From an uncultured Alistipes sp. (GTDB taxonomy: Bacteria; Bacteroidota; Bacteroidia; Bacteroidales; UBA932): a stretch of 64,000 nt of DNA. Under the pieces are notes generated by a model. The model saw nothing but the letters and a program-made list of their open reading frames with translations, was not told the origin of the DNA and did not search any database. Of this stretch, positions 49,424-57,923 are shown piece after piece; the first letter of the stretch is position 1; each line of letters starts with the position of its first letter. Made by a program: the position numbers and the translations under genes. The stretch is from the NCBI GenBank assembly GCA_945787505.1, contig CALZHC010000001.1, positions 4,971-68,970 of the forward strand. The letters run 5' to 3'.

Positions 49424-51783
49424 TTCCCCAATTTAATCTTGAAAACAGAGCCCTCGCCCTTGAAACTTTCAACAGAGATACTGCCACCAATCAGCTCTAT
49501 AAATGTCTTGCATATAAAAAGTCCCAGTCCACATCCTGTGGTAAAACTATCCACCTTGAAGAACCTTTCATAAATGAGTTTCTGATATTGTGGTTCTATC
49601 CCGGTACCATAGTCCCTTACCCAAATCTCGGCAGCCCAGCCCTTTTCGAAAGACCTGTTCCATCCCACGACAATATCCGAAGAGGATTCCGAGAACTTGA
49701 CTGCATTCGAAATAAGATTCTCTACCACAATAGTCAGCATGCCAGAATCGGTTGTCACCAGCAGATCTGCCGGACCCTCGATCAGCTTTAGCCTTCCCTT
49801 GGAAAAATAACCCACATCCAGCACCGGCTCAGAACAGATAGTTTTCAGTAAATCACCAATATTGACTTTGTTATAAATAGGAACGACTGCCGACTTGCTG
49901 ATTTTCAAAGTGGTGAGGATATTGTCAAGAGTGTGCTGAAGAATTGCTGAATTGGCATCTATAGCCTCAGTATACTCTGCCAATTCATCCTCGTCAATAG
50001 GCATCTGTGGCATAGAAAGCAGCTGCGCATAACCAACTATCGAATTCAATGGAGTTCTAATTTCGTGGTTCATTGAGGCAATAAAGCCCTCGCGAGTCTT
50101 GACAGAGGTCTTAAGGCGGTTAATCTCAGCCTCCTTCGTTTCATATTCTAAAATAGAGTCTATATTTACAATAAAACCGCTCCTCTTTATAGTCCCGTCA
50201 TTTTCATTCTTGCTCACTGTCATCATCAAAGAGTACCAGTGATATGGCTTGCCATCTATAGAACAGTTCAGACGGAGCGAGTGGTTACCGGGTGTGGTAA
50301 TGGAAATGAAGTCCCTGAGCTTCTCAATAAAGAAATTATTGGTTTTCAGACGAGACCAGTCTTCCTTTCCCCAGAAGCCATAATCATCCCACGTATGGAA
50401 GTCTGTAATATCCATAATACGCTTGAGAATAGCGTTCAAGCGGAAAATATCTTCAGAAAACCTCCTGATTTTCAAATTGTCCCTGCGTGACTTTATTACA
50501 TAATAGGTGAGATAGGCAGTACTGGAAATCAGAACAGTTGCAATCAAGACAATCAATATCCACCTATAAACATTGGCCTTATGTGGCTGACGGTCACGGA
50601 AAGTGACATTGTGAAGCTTGACTTCGCACGGAACATTGTTGACATCCAGACCCAAAGGTCTCACCACATCCCAATTAATATTATAGGAGGCCTCATGCAT
50701 GCAAGTTCCTATACTGTCAGGATCCTCACCCTCAAGAATGCGTACCGCAACAGAGACAGCATCCCTGATCTGAGTCTGGGAATCGGGGAAAAACCCTCCG
50801 ATACACTCTTGATTTACAAGAAAATCCTCCGCCACCATGGTATAATAGGGCAGAAGAGTGGAAGAGTTTACTATATTTTCTGACTTTTGGTCATGCTTCG
50901 ACTGAATAAAAAGATTAGGGGATTTCTGAGGATAGAATGCCCATGTAGTAGCTATCTGGCTTGCTTTTTTCGAGATACTCCATTTCGGAGCCATGATGGA
51001 GCGGCAAGAGAAGACCGTCCTTTTTTGAATAGCCGCTATATCTTTCAGATTATACTCATCCACCTTCGGGACAAGGTTATTGTAGAAACGGGCAGTATCC
51101 ATCTCATCTGCCTGGCGGCAAAGCATATTATATTTTATACTGTCACACCACAGATTGGGTACATCCAGCATGGTGATGAACCTGTTATTGGCCAACAGAT
51201 AGTATTCAGGCTTTCGTATATAGTCGATAAGAATCGGAGAGAGGGAGTCTGCAAACATAATATTCTCCTTCAGATGAAGAGGAGAGAGTATATTTACCAC
51301 ATCGTTGAAACGTCCGCCATTGTATTTGTTCTCCAGTAGGTCATACATGTATGGTAGGAACTTATCATCAGAGAGGCCAAAACAGACCACTGGAATGGAG
51401 GATATGACAGAATTTTGGTTGGTGGTAATGAGCCAGCGGTTTACATCCCCGTAAGAGATAATGATATCGGGCATCTTCCCCTGAGAGCGCAACGAGACGA
51501 CCAGGTCATTCATCATAGACCTCTCCAGGCTCTCCCACCTCTCGTGGACATGTGCAAAATGTAGAGTAACATCACCCCTGACACCATGCCTTCGCAACTC
51601 CTGCTTCAGAAAAGAGGTCCATTCGTGGTAGACATGGTCACTTTCGTCAGTAGGCCAATAGACAAGCACATTTGCATCAATGACACTACGTTCCCCCCTT
51701 CCAACGCATGAAACCGCGATGAAAAGAGAAAAGTAAATCAATAGATAAAAGAAATGCCTGTTATATTTAGAAGTCAAGGTCAA
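49420..51783 (-). CDS. Membrane sensor histidine kinase with large extracytoplasmic domain
   Basis: 787 aa. H-box FIASMNHEIRTPLNSIVGYAQLL (His codon 50067-50065), N-box ENLISNAVKFS, G1 VRDYGTGI, F-box ERFFKVD, G2 GCGLGL. No in-frame ATG precedes the signal/TM segment, so the start is apparently TTG (51783-51781). Confidence 0.85.
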   Translation of the reverse strand: MTLTSKYNRHFFYLLIYFSLFIAVSCVGRGERSVIDANVLVYWPTDESDHVYHEWTSFLKQELRRHGVRGDVTLHFAHVHERWESLERSMMNDLVVSLRSQGKMPDIIISYGDVNRWLITTNQNSVISSIPVVCFGLSDDKFLPYMYDLLENKYNGGRFNDVVNILSPLHLKENIMFADSLSPILIDYIRKPEYYLLANNRFITMLDVPNLWCDSIKYNMLCRQADEMDTARFYNNLVPKVDEYNLKDIAAIQKRTVFSCRSIMAPKWSISKKASQIATTWAFYPQKSPNLFIQSKHDQKSENIVNSSTLLPYYTMVAEDFLVNQECIGGFFPDSQTQIRDAVSVAVRILEGEDPDSIGTCMHEASYNINWDVVRPLGLDVNNVPCEVKLHNVTFRDRQPHKANVYRWILIVLIATVLISSTAYLTYYVIKSRRDNLKIRRFSEDIFRLNAILKRIMDITDFHTWDDYGFWGKEDWSRLKTNNFFIEKLRDFISITTPGNHSLRLNCSIDGKPYHWYSLMMTVSKNENDGTIKRSGFIVNIDSILEYETKEAEINRLKTSVKTREGFIASMNHEIRTPLNSIVGYAQLLSMPQMPIDEDELAEYTEAIDANSAILQHTLDNILTTLKISKSAVVPIYNKVNIGDLLKTICSEPVLDVGYFSKGRLKLIEGPADLLVTTDSGMLTIVVENLISNAVKFSESSSDIVVGWNRSFEKGWAAEIWVRDYGTGIEPQYQKLIYERFFKVDSFTTGCGLGLFICKTFIELIGGSISVESFKGEGSVFKIKLGK

Positions 51784-51888
51784 AATAAAGGTAGTTTACA
51801 AAGCAGCGCAAATATACAAAAATGGGCTGCAAATGCCAAAAAAAGGCGTTTCTAAGTCATTTGCTAAACAAACTTTTGATTTTTTTCT

Positions 51889-51896
51889 TAATTTTG
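51889..51896 (+). promoter_or_regulatory. Candidate -7 box TAATTTTG for the receiver/polysaccharide operon
   Basis: Matches TAnnTTTG and ends 29 nt upstream of ATG 51925, in the 141-nt divergent intergenic region shared with the kinase operon. Confidence 0.4.
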
Positions 51897-51924
51897 CACG
51901 ATTAATCCACGTAAACTAATTAAA

Positions 51925-52383
51925 ATGGACATAGGAGCTTTGAAAGATATCGATTGTAGCGATATCTCGGTAGTTATTGTTGATGACATACCCATCAACA
52001 CGAAATTGATAGGGAAGCTACTTGAGCCGGTAGGATTCAAGAAGGTAATACAATACAACAACAGCCAGTTGGCTTTGGACAGCATAAAGACAGACAACCC
52101 CGATATTCTTCTGCTTGATGTAATGATGCCAGGTATAGACGGCTTCTCCTTCCTGTCATCAGTCAGAGAAGAACGAAGCATGGACAATATAAAAATCATA
52201 ATGGTATCGGCTGTGAGCGAACTCGAAGAGGTCAAAAGAGCCTCGGCAATGGGAGCCGATGACTACCTTACCAAACCAATTAACGCCAAACTTTTATACT
52301 CACGCATCGCAAGTCAGGTCTCACAGATCAAGGGGGGGGGAGAAATAACCAATGACACAGAAAAGTACCATATTAATTGCTGA
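51925..52383 (+). CDS. Stand-alone response-regulator receiver protein (CheY-like, no output domain)
   Basis: 152 aa. VVIVDD (acidic pair), PDILLLDVMMPGIDG (phospho-acceptor Asp), IIMVSA (Ser/Thr), DDYLTKP (Lys-Pro). Nothing follows the receiver fold except a short tail encoded across the G9 tract. Confidence 0.85.
   Translation: MDIGALKDIDCSDISVVIVDDIPINTKLIGKLLEPVGFKKVIQYNNSQLALDSIKTDNPDILLLDVMMPGIDGFSFLSSVREERSMDNIKIIMVSAVSELEEVKRASAMGADDYLTKPINAKLLYSRIASQVSQIKGGGEITNDTEKYHINC
52332..52340 (+). repeat. Homopolymeric G9 tract at the junction of the two receiver genes
   Basis: Direct count in ...ATCAAGGGGGGGGGAGAAATAACCAATGAC.... It lies in the last 52 nt of receiver 1 and 12 nt upstream of the ATG of receiver 2. 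Confidence 0.95.
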
Positions 52384-52726
52384 CAAGAAACAATTTCTGG
52401 TAGACGTAATAAAGGAGAGTTTTCATAAGGAGTTCAATTGCGTATGTGTGACGACGGAAGAGGAACTGTTTGAGAAGTTGCCCTACACAGATGCTATAGT
52501 GGTCGGACTTGATGTATGCCTGAGCAACCTGGATAACCGCATCGAAATGATAGCCCGCATCAGGTCCCGCTTCAAAGGCCCCATCGTGGCACTTACAAGC
52601 ATACTCTACTCATCTACCCGTATATCGCTGCTTCAGAAGGGAGCTGATGATGTCCTCACAAAACCGTTCAATCCTGATGAGCTGGTTGTAAGAACAAAAA
52701 AACTAATCACATTATACAGCCGATGA
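52352..52726 (+). CDS. Second stand-alone receiver-like protein with atypical acidic pocket (DD to DK)
   Basis: 124 aa. ILIADKK replaces the canonical DD pair. A candidate acceptor Asp is retained in IVVGLDVCL, with ALTS (Thr) and DDVLTKPFNPDEL (Lys-Pro). No output domain. Overlaps receiver 1 by 32 nt in the +1 frame. Confidence 0.7.
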   Translation: MTQKSTILIADKKQFLVDVIKESFHKEFNCVCVTTEEELFEKLPYTDAIVVGLDVCLSNLDNRIEMIARIRSRFKGPIVALTSILYSSTRISLLQKGADDVLTKPFNPDELVVRTKKLITLYSR

Positions 52727-53433
52727 AGCGCTTTCTGAGTTCATCCATAGCTTTGGTGGCGTTCATTGTTCTCCTGCCCGTAATGCTTGCGGTCTCTGTT
52801 GCAATTTTCATTGAATTGAGACAGATGCCTGTGTACACATCGGTCAGAGTAGGCAAGAACTGGAAAAAATTCAAAATCTACAAGTTCCGCACAATGAAAA
52901 AAGGGGCTGACAGGCTTCTTGCCAATCTCCACTCGATGAATACCTACCTGCGACTGGAAGGCCACACCATAGAAGATAAGGTTACATTCCACAGCAATGA
53001 TTACCTCTATGCTGACAATTACAAAGTCAGAGAAGACGTCTACCTGTCGGAACGGCACAAATGTTTCGAAGGCTGCTTCATCAAGATCGAAAATGACCCC
53101 AGAATCACCAAATTGGGAAAATTCTTGAGAAAGACCAGCCTTGACGAGCTTCCGCAGCTCATCAACATCATCAAGGGAGATATGTGTATAGTAGGCAACC
53201 GTCCCCTCTCCACTGATGAGGCGGAACTGCTCACCACAGATGATGACGGACTCAGATTCAAGGCAAGTGCAGGCCTTACCGGACTGTGGCAGACCGATCC
53301 CCGCAAGGACGACATGCCTCCCTCTGAACGCATAAGACTTGACAATCTATACGCTGAGAAGGAGTCGCTGTCATACGACATTAAACTTATTTTTGCCACT
53401 GTAAAAAAAGTAATTCAAGGAAGTAATGGATAG
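52723..53433 (+). CDS. Small monotopic phosphoglycosyl transferase (bacterial sugar transferase, WbaP/PglC C-terminal type): initiating enzyme
   Basis: 236 aa. N-terminal re-entrant helix, KIYKFRTM, DPRITKLGKFLRKTSLDELPQLINIIKGDMCIVGNRP, GLTGLWQ. An insertion of about 25-30 aa sits between KFRTM and DPRIT. ATGA overlap with receiver 2. Confidence 0.85.
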   Translation: MKRFLSSSIALVAFIVLLPVMLAVSVAIFIELRQMPVYTSVRVGKNWKKFKIYKFRTMKKGADRLLANLHSMNTYLRLEGHTIEDKVTFHSNDYLYADNYKVREDVYLSERHKCFEGCFIKIENDPRITKLGKFLRKTSLDELPQLINIIKGDMCIVGNRPLSTDEAELLTTDDDGLRFKASAGLTGLWQTDPRKDDMPPSERIRLDNLYAEKESLSYDIKLIFATVKKVIQGSNG

Positions 53434-54334
53434 AAAGAGGTTTTTAGTATTGATAGTGGGACTTTTCACCGCTGCTCTTCTAAGTGCTCAAGAAGCACTT
53501 CAGGTAAAGAAGGTCAGGGTGGATAGTACCGTGATGATACTGAACTCAATGACAGTCGAGGACTACATGACACTCGAACTTCCTCCCCTTGATACCCTCT
53601 ACTACAACGCATTCTGCATGTCCAATGCCGTCAAGTACTATGACAACGAGGTAGAGTACTACAGATGTGCCATAACTACTGAACAGCTCAAACCTCTTGA
53701 ATGGATAAGGCTCGTTACATCTGCAAGCTATGGAAACACTAACATGGTAGGAGCTCTGCAGAATGAATCGAGTTACCCCATCTGGATAGGAAGCAGCTCC
53801 AAACAGAAAAGCCTCTACTTCAATGCCGGAGTCACACTGAACATTCCCATCTCTGATGTGTTCAACACCGCCAACAAGGTGCGTCAGGCAAGGGCAAAGC
53901 TCAGTCAGACAGAGGCCAGACGCGATTCGGAACTTGACAACATCAAGAAGGAAATAATCAACCTCTACTGCGAAATCATCTCGGGCATCAATACACTCAA
54001 AAGCGCCTCGGAGAGACTTGTACTTGCACAGGCACAATACGACTTTGCAGAAAAGGATTTTGTAAACAACAAGATAACTGCTGAAGTCCTCTACAGAAGC
54101 AAGAGTTACGAAACTGCCGCAGTTCAGGACTACGAAAGGGTGAAAAAAGAGGTAAATCAGGCATTACTAAGCCTCGAAGTCATATCTTGTACCAAGATTA
54201 TTAAGATCGCCACACCATCTGCTTCCCAACCTCAGGATGAAGAGGAGAGTGTTTCTGAAGATGGAAAGAAGGAGATGAAGGAGAAAGAGAAGAATGAAAA
54301 GAAAGTGAAAAAGGTGAAGAAAGAAGAGGAATAG
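53426..54334 (+). CDS. Secreted protein with one TolC-like (outer-membrane-factor) repeat and a Lys/Glu-rich tail; function unknown
   Basis: 302 aa. Signal peptide (LFTAALLSAQE), a beta-rich segment, then coiled-coil-like ARAKLSQTEARRDSELDNIKKEIINLY...LVLAQAQYDFAEKDF...AAVQDYERVKKEVNQALLSLE reminiscent of OEP/TolC repeats. The tail is KKEMKEKEKNEKKVKKVKKEEE. About half the length of a TolC protomer. Confidence 0.4.
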   Translation: MDRKRFLVLIVGLFTAALLSAQEALQVKKVRVDSTVMILNSMTVEDYMTLELPPLDTLYYNAFCMSNAVKYYDNEVEYYRCAITTEQLKPLEWIRLVTSASYGNTNMVGALQNESSYPIWIGSSSKQKSLYFNAGVTLNIPISDVFNTANKVRQARAKLSQTEARRDSELDNIKKEIINLYCEIISGINTLKSASERLVLAQAQYDFAEKDFVNNKITAEVLYRSKSYETAAVQDYERVKKEVNQALLSLEVISCTKIIKIATPSASQPQDEEESVSEDGKKEMKEKEKNEKKVKKVKKEEE

Positions 54335-54337
54335 AGT

Positions 54338-56479
54338 ATGAAGACACTGCAGAACATCATAAAGGTATTGGCCAAAAAATGGATAATACTGACAATATTG
54401 CCATTAATCACAGCAATTCTTGTCTACGTTGTAGTTTCAAGGCAGCCCAAGATCTACAAATCAAGCAGTACAATCTACACAGGTATTGTTTCCGGATATG
54501 ATGTGCTCGCCTCCGAGAACAGAACCAACGACTGGATGTCAGTGAACAACGCCATTGACAACCTCATGAGTGTGATAATGGCTGAATCCACCCTCAAGAA
54601 TGTCTCTCTGCGTCTTCTTGCCCGCAACATCTCACATCTGGAGAGCGATAACATTGGCGAGTACATGACACCCCAGACGGCAGAAGAGCTGCGCAGAATC
54701 CTTACGAAAGAGGTTATAGATCTGACAGTACAGGATGATGAAGAGGCAACATATCAAAACTACCTGAACAGCTTCGATTCGACCAGAGACAACTGGTTCA
54801 AACAGATGTTCCATTGGAATCACAAGCACTACAGTTTCAAAGCCCTCTCCAACATCGAAGTAAACCGAGTGGGAAACTCCGACATGCTCAGGCTCTCTTA
54901 CAGCTGCGACGACAAGTTCGTGGCATACAACACCATAACCATTCTCGAGACAGAGTTTGTAAAACAATATCTTGCAATAAGGTACCAGCAGACAAGCGAA
55001 GTGGTGAAATATTTCGAAAAGGAGCTCGAGACCATCCACAAGAATCTCACTTACAAAGAGAACTACTTGACAAAATACTATATCGACAACGGTGTCATAA
55101 ACTACCAGGAGCAGACCAAAATGGTAGCCGAACGCCAGAAAGATCTCGACGGAATCATAGAGAGAGTCATGATGGAGAGAGACGGAGCCGAAGAAGAACT
55201 CAAATTGCTGGAAGACAAAATGGGACACATGACAACCATTTTTACCCACAATGCCTCCTTCATCGAACAGCTTCACACCATCAACGGACTCTACACCCAA
55301 CTCTCTGCAGACAGCACAGGTACACGGAATGAAGAGCTCAATAAAAAGATCAAAGAGGAGAGCGATAAACTCAAGACCATCGGAAGCAATATCAGTTCCA
55401 GCCAATATACCAAAGAGGGACTCTCTAACGATCTGATGATTACCCAATGGGTCAATGCACTGCTGATCAGGTCCAAAGCTGATGCCGAACTGGCAATCCT
55501 GCACTACAACAAGAAAGAGCTTGAGAAGGAGGTTAAACGCTTCTCCCCCGTGGGCTCATCCATCAAGAGACAAGAGAGAGAGATTCAGTTCATCGAGCAG
55601 AATTACCTCTCCAACCTGCGTTCACTCAACGATGCCAAACTCAGGGAGAAGAACCTGCAGCTCACATCTGCCACATTCAAAGTCCTCACCCCTCCGACAG
55701 TTGCAATGAATCCCGAAAAGACCAAGAAAAAAGTATACATGATGCTTGCCTTCGTACTGACCTTTATCCTCATTTGCGGAATAGTCATACTGTTGGACGA
55801 GCTCAACAGAAAGCCCTATGATTCCCCCACGGCTCAGAAACTGCTCCACCTGCCTGTAATCGGTGCATTCCCTACCATAAAGGGAGAGTCGAAGAACATG
55901 ACCATCTGCAGAAATCTCTCCATGAGACAGCTGGGCAACTCGATTACCAACTTCTTCAACCGAGACAAGACAGTGAACATAATCAATGTCTTCAGTGTCT
56001 GCAAGGGCGAAGGAAAATCCACAATCAGCCGGGCTATTTTCGAGTATTTCGAAACCCTTGACACCAAACCTGTACTGGTAAACTGGGAAAAGGACTTCGA
56101 CAGCTACTCGAAACATTACCTTTTAGCAAATTCAATATACGATTTCAGTGTGAATGAAGATAATATGGATGCAATGCCGGAGACCAACGTCATAATCGTA
56201 GAATACCCTCCGCTCAAGGATGCCTCATTCCCCACCAAGGTTCTGAACACCTCGGCAATCAATATCCTCATAGTCGATTCACAAAGGGACTGGACAGGTA
56301 TGAACTCCCTGATGATAGGCGAACTCAAACGCTTCAACAAGCTCAACAATATCTGCGTAATACTCAATAACAGCGATATCGACACAGTAGGGTCATTTAC
56401 AGGAATGCTGCCACCTTTCAACAGAATTCACAAGATGAGATTCTCATTGTGGAATCTTGGAAATGACACCAAAGTATAG
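54338..56479 (+). CDS. Polysaccharide co-polymerase (Wzz/GumC/Wzc-like, PCP-2 architecture) with degenerate C-terminal P-loop domain
   Basis: 713 aa. TM1 (ILTILPLITAILVYVVV) with a Wzz-type YKSSSTIY motif, a roughly 400-aa coiled-coil periplasmic region, TM2 (VYMMLAFVLTFILICGIVILL), and a cytoplasmic domain with Walker A CKGEGKST. Walker A' is degenerate (VLVNWEKD), Walker B is IIVEYPP, and there is no C-terminal Tyr cluster. Confidence 0.7.
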   Translation: MKTLQNIIKVLAKKWIILTILPLITAILVYVVVSRQPKIYKSSSTIYTGIVSGYDVLASENRTNDWMSVNNAIDNLMSVIMAESTLKNVSLRLLARNISHLESDNIGEYMTPQTAEELRRILTKEVIDLTVQDDEEATYQNYLNSFDSTRDNWFKQMFHWNHKHYSFKALSNIEVNRVGNSDMLRLSYSCDDKFVAYNTITILETEFVKQYLAIRYQQTSEVVKYFEKELETIHKNLTYKENYLTKYYIDNGVINYQEQTKMVAERQKDLDGIIERVMMERDGAEEELKLLEDKMGHMTTIFTHNASFIEQLHTINGLYTQLSADSTGTRNEELNKKIKEESDKLKTIGSNISSSQYTKEGLSNDLMITQWVNALLIRSKADAELAILHYNKKELEKEVKRFSPVGSSIKRQEREIQFIEQNYLSNLRSLNDAKLREKNLQLTSATFKVLTPPTVAMNPEKTKKKVYMMLAFVLTFILICGIVILLDELNRKPYDSPTAQKLLHLPVIGAFPTIKGESKNMTICRNLSMRQLGNSITNFFNRDKTVNIINVFSVCKGEGKSTISRAIFEYFETLDTKPVLVNWEKDFDSYSKHYLLANSIYDFSVNEDNMDAMPETNVIIVEYPPLKDASFPTKVLNTSAINILIVDSQRDWTGMNSLMIGELKRFNKLNNICVILNNSDIDTVGSFTGMLPPFNRIHKMRFSLWNLGNDTKV

Positions 56480-56485
56480 TAGAGA

Positions 56486-57922
56486 ATGTCTCAGAAGTGG
56501 AAAACAGCTCTCTTGTGGATTGTCGCCTCCATTCTGGCATTGGTGACAGGCATTCTCGTATCATCAGGCAACATACCTGTGGCAGCGGTCATCTGTGTGG
56601 CACCCATACTCGCACTTATCATCACCAAAGCTTTTGACAACAGATTCCTCTCACTCTCATTCATCCTTATTGCAGACTTCTCAATTCCGGTTCTCGAACA
56701 CTATATAGTCGGGCAGTCAATGGGTCTGATGATGGATTTCGCGATTGCATTCAACATCGCCATAATAATACTGACACACTTTTATGGAGAGAGGCAGGAG
56801 TGCACCAACAAAATCACGCCTGACTTGCTGGTAGCTGTAGGGGTCTGGCTATTCTACTGTCTTGTCGAAGTGATAAACCCGAATATGAGGAGTATAGGTG
56901 TATGGCTGTCAGCCGTGCGCAGCATGGCCCTCTATTTCTTTATCGTCGTCATAATAACCCAGCTGGCAATCACTAACTTCAAAAGGGTTAAACTCTTTTT
57001 AGGAATATGGTCTGTCTTCGTGCTGATTACATTTATAAAAGTCCTCTATCAGAAGTACATAGGATGGACCCCTGGAGATATCTACTTTCTCAATGTCATG
57101 GACGGCAAGAGAACCCACATCATCTACTACGGGACCAGGTACTTCTCGACCTTCTCGGATGCTGCAAACTACGGAGGCTGCATGGGTATGTCGACTGTAG
57201 TCTTTGCTATTGCCGGAATGCATGGCAGTAATTTAAAGGAGAAAATCTACTATTTCGCAGTGGCAGGATGTGCATGTATCGGCATGTTTTTATCGGGAAC
57301 AAGGAGTGCCCTACCAGTGCCTGTGGCAGGCGTAATGGCATATCTGGTACTAATTAAGGATTTCAAGAAGATGATTCCAATCTCAATAGTATGTGCCGCT
57401 GCCATAGGGATTCTTGCCTTTACCGATATAGGACAGAGCAACACCCAGATAAGGAGGGCACGCACTATCTTCAACAGAACTGAAGACCTCTCATATCAGG
57501 TCAGGAAAGATAATCAGAGAGCTCTCAGGATGCACATGAAAAAGCTGCCTTTCGGGAACGGACTGGGAATGAGCGCAGGCAGGGCACAGCGTAATGGGGA
57601 CTATTCACCCGTAACCAACTACCCCACAGATTCATGGCTCGTACAGCTATGGGTCGAAACCGGAATAATCGGGCTGATTGTTTACATCTGCGTAATGTGC
57701 TTCATATTCGCCAAAGGGGCATACATTGTCTTTTTCAAGTTGAAGAACAAGCACCTTGCCGGAATATGTGCCGGCCTGCTTTCCGGTGTCATGGGTCTTT
57801 TCGTTATGTCCACCAATAACGAAGTCTTCACACAGTTCCCGAACAGCATTCTTGTTTACATGTCACTTTCAATACTATTTATAAGCCCACAAATAGAAGG
57901 GAAAATGGAGGAAAACGAATAA
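56486..57922 (+). CDS. O-antigen ligase/polymerase-family (Wzy-like) integral membrane protein
   Basis: 478 aa with at least 10 predicted TM helices and a large loop carrying Arg/His-rich RRARTIFNRTED...RALRMHMKKLPFGNGLG, typical of the Wzy_C/O-antigen ligase family. Confidence 0.7.
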   Translation: MSQKWKTALLWIVASILALVTGILVSSGNIPVAAVICVAPILALIITKAFDNRFLSLSFILIADFSIPVLEHYIVGQSMGLMMDFAIAFNIAIIILTHFYGERQECTNKITPDLLVAVGVWLFYCLVEVINPNMRSIGVWLSAVRSMALYFFIVVIITQLAITNFKRVKLFLGIWSVFVLITFIKVLYQKYIGWTPGDIYFLNVMDGKRTHIIYYGTRYFSTFSDAANYGGCMGMSTVVFAIAGMHGSNLKEKIYYFAVAGCACIGMFLSGTRSALPVPVAGVMAYLVLIKDFKKMIPISIVCAAAIGILAFTDIGQSNTQIRRARTIFNRTEDLSYQVRKDNQRALRMHMKKLPFGNGLGMSAGRAQRNGDYSPVTNYPTDSWLVQLWVETGIIGLIVYICVMCFIFAKGAYIVFFKLKNKHLAGICAGLLSGVMGLFVMSTNNEVFTQFPNSILVYMSLSILFISPQIEGKMEENE

Positions 57923-57923
57923 C

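Noticed and set aside
54632-55504. 290-aa minus-strand ORF, plus the 172-aa plus-strand alternative-frame ORF at 54814-55332, inside the Wzc-like gene
   Set aside because: These are antisense or alternative-frame ORFs within a well-supported long coding frame. They have no start context, no domain signature and odd composition, so they are shadow ORFs.
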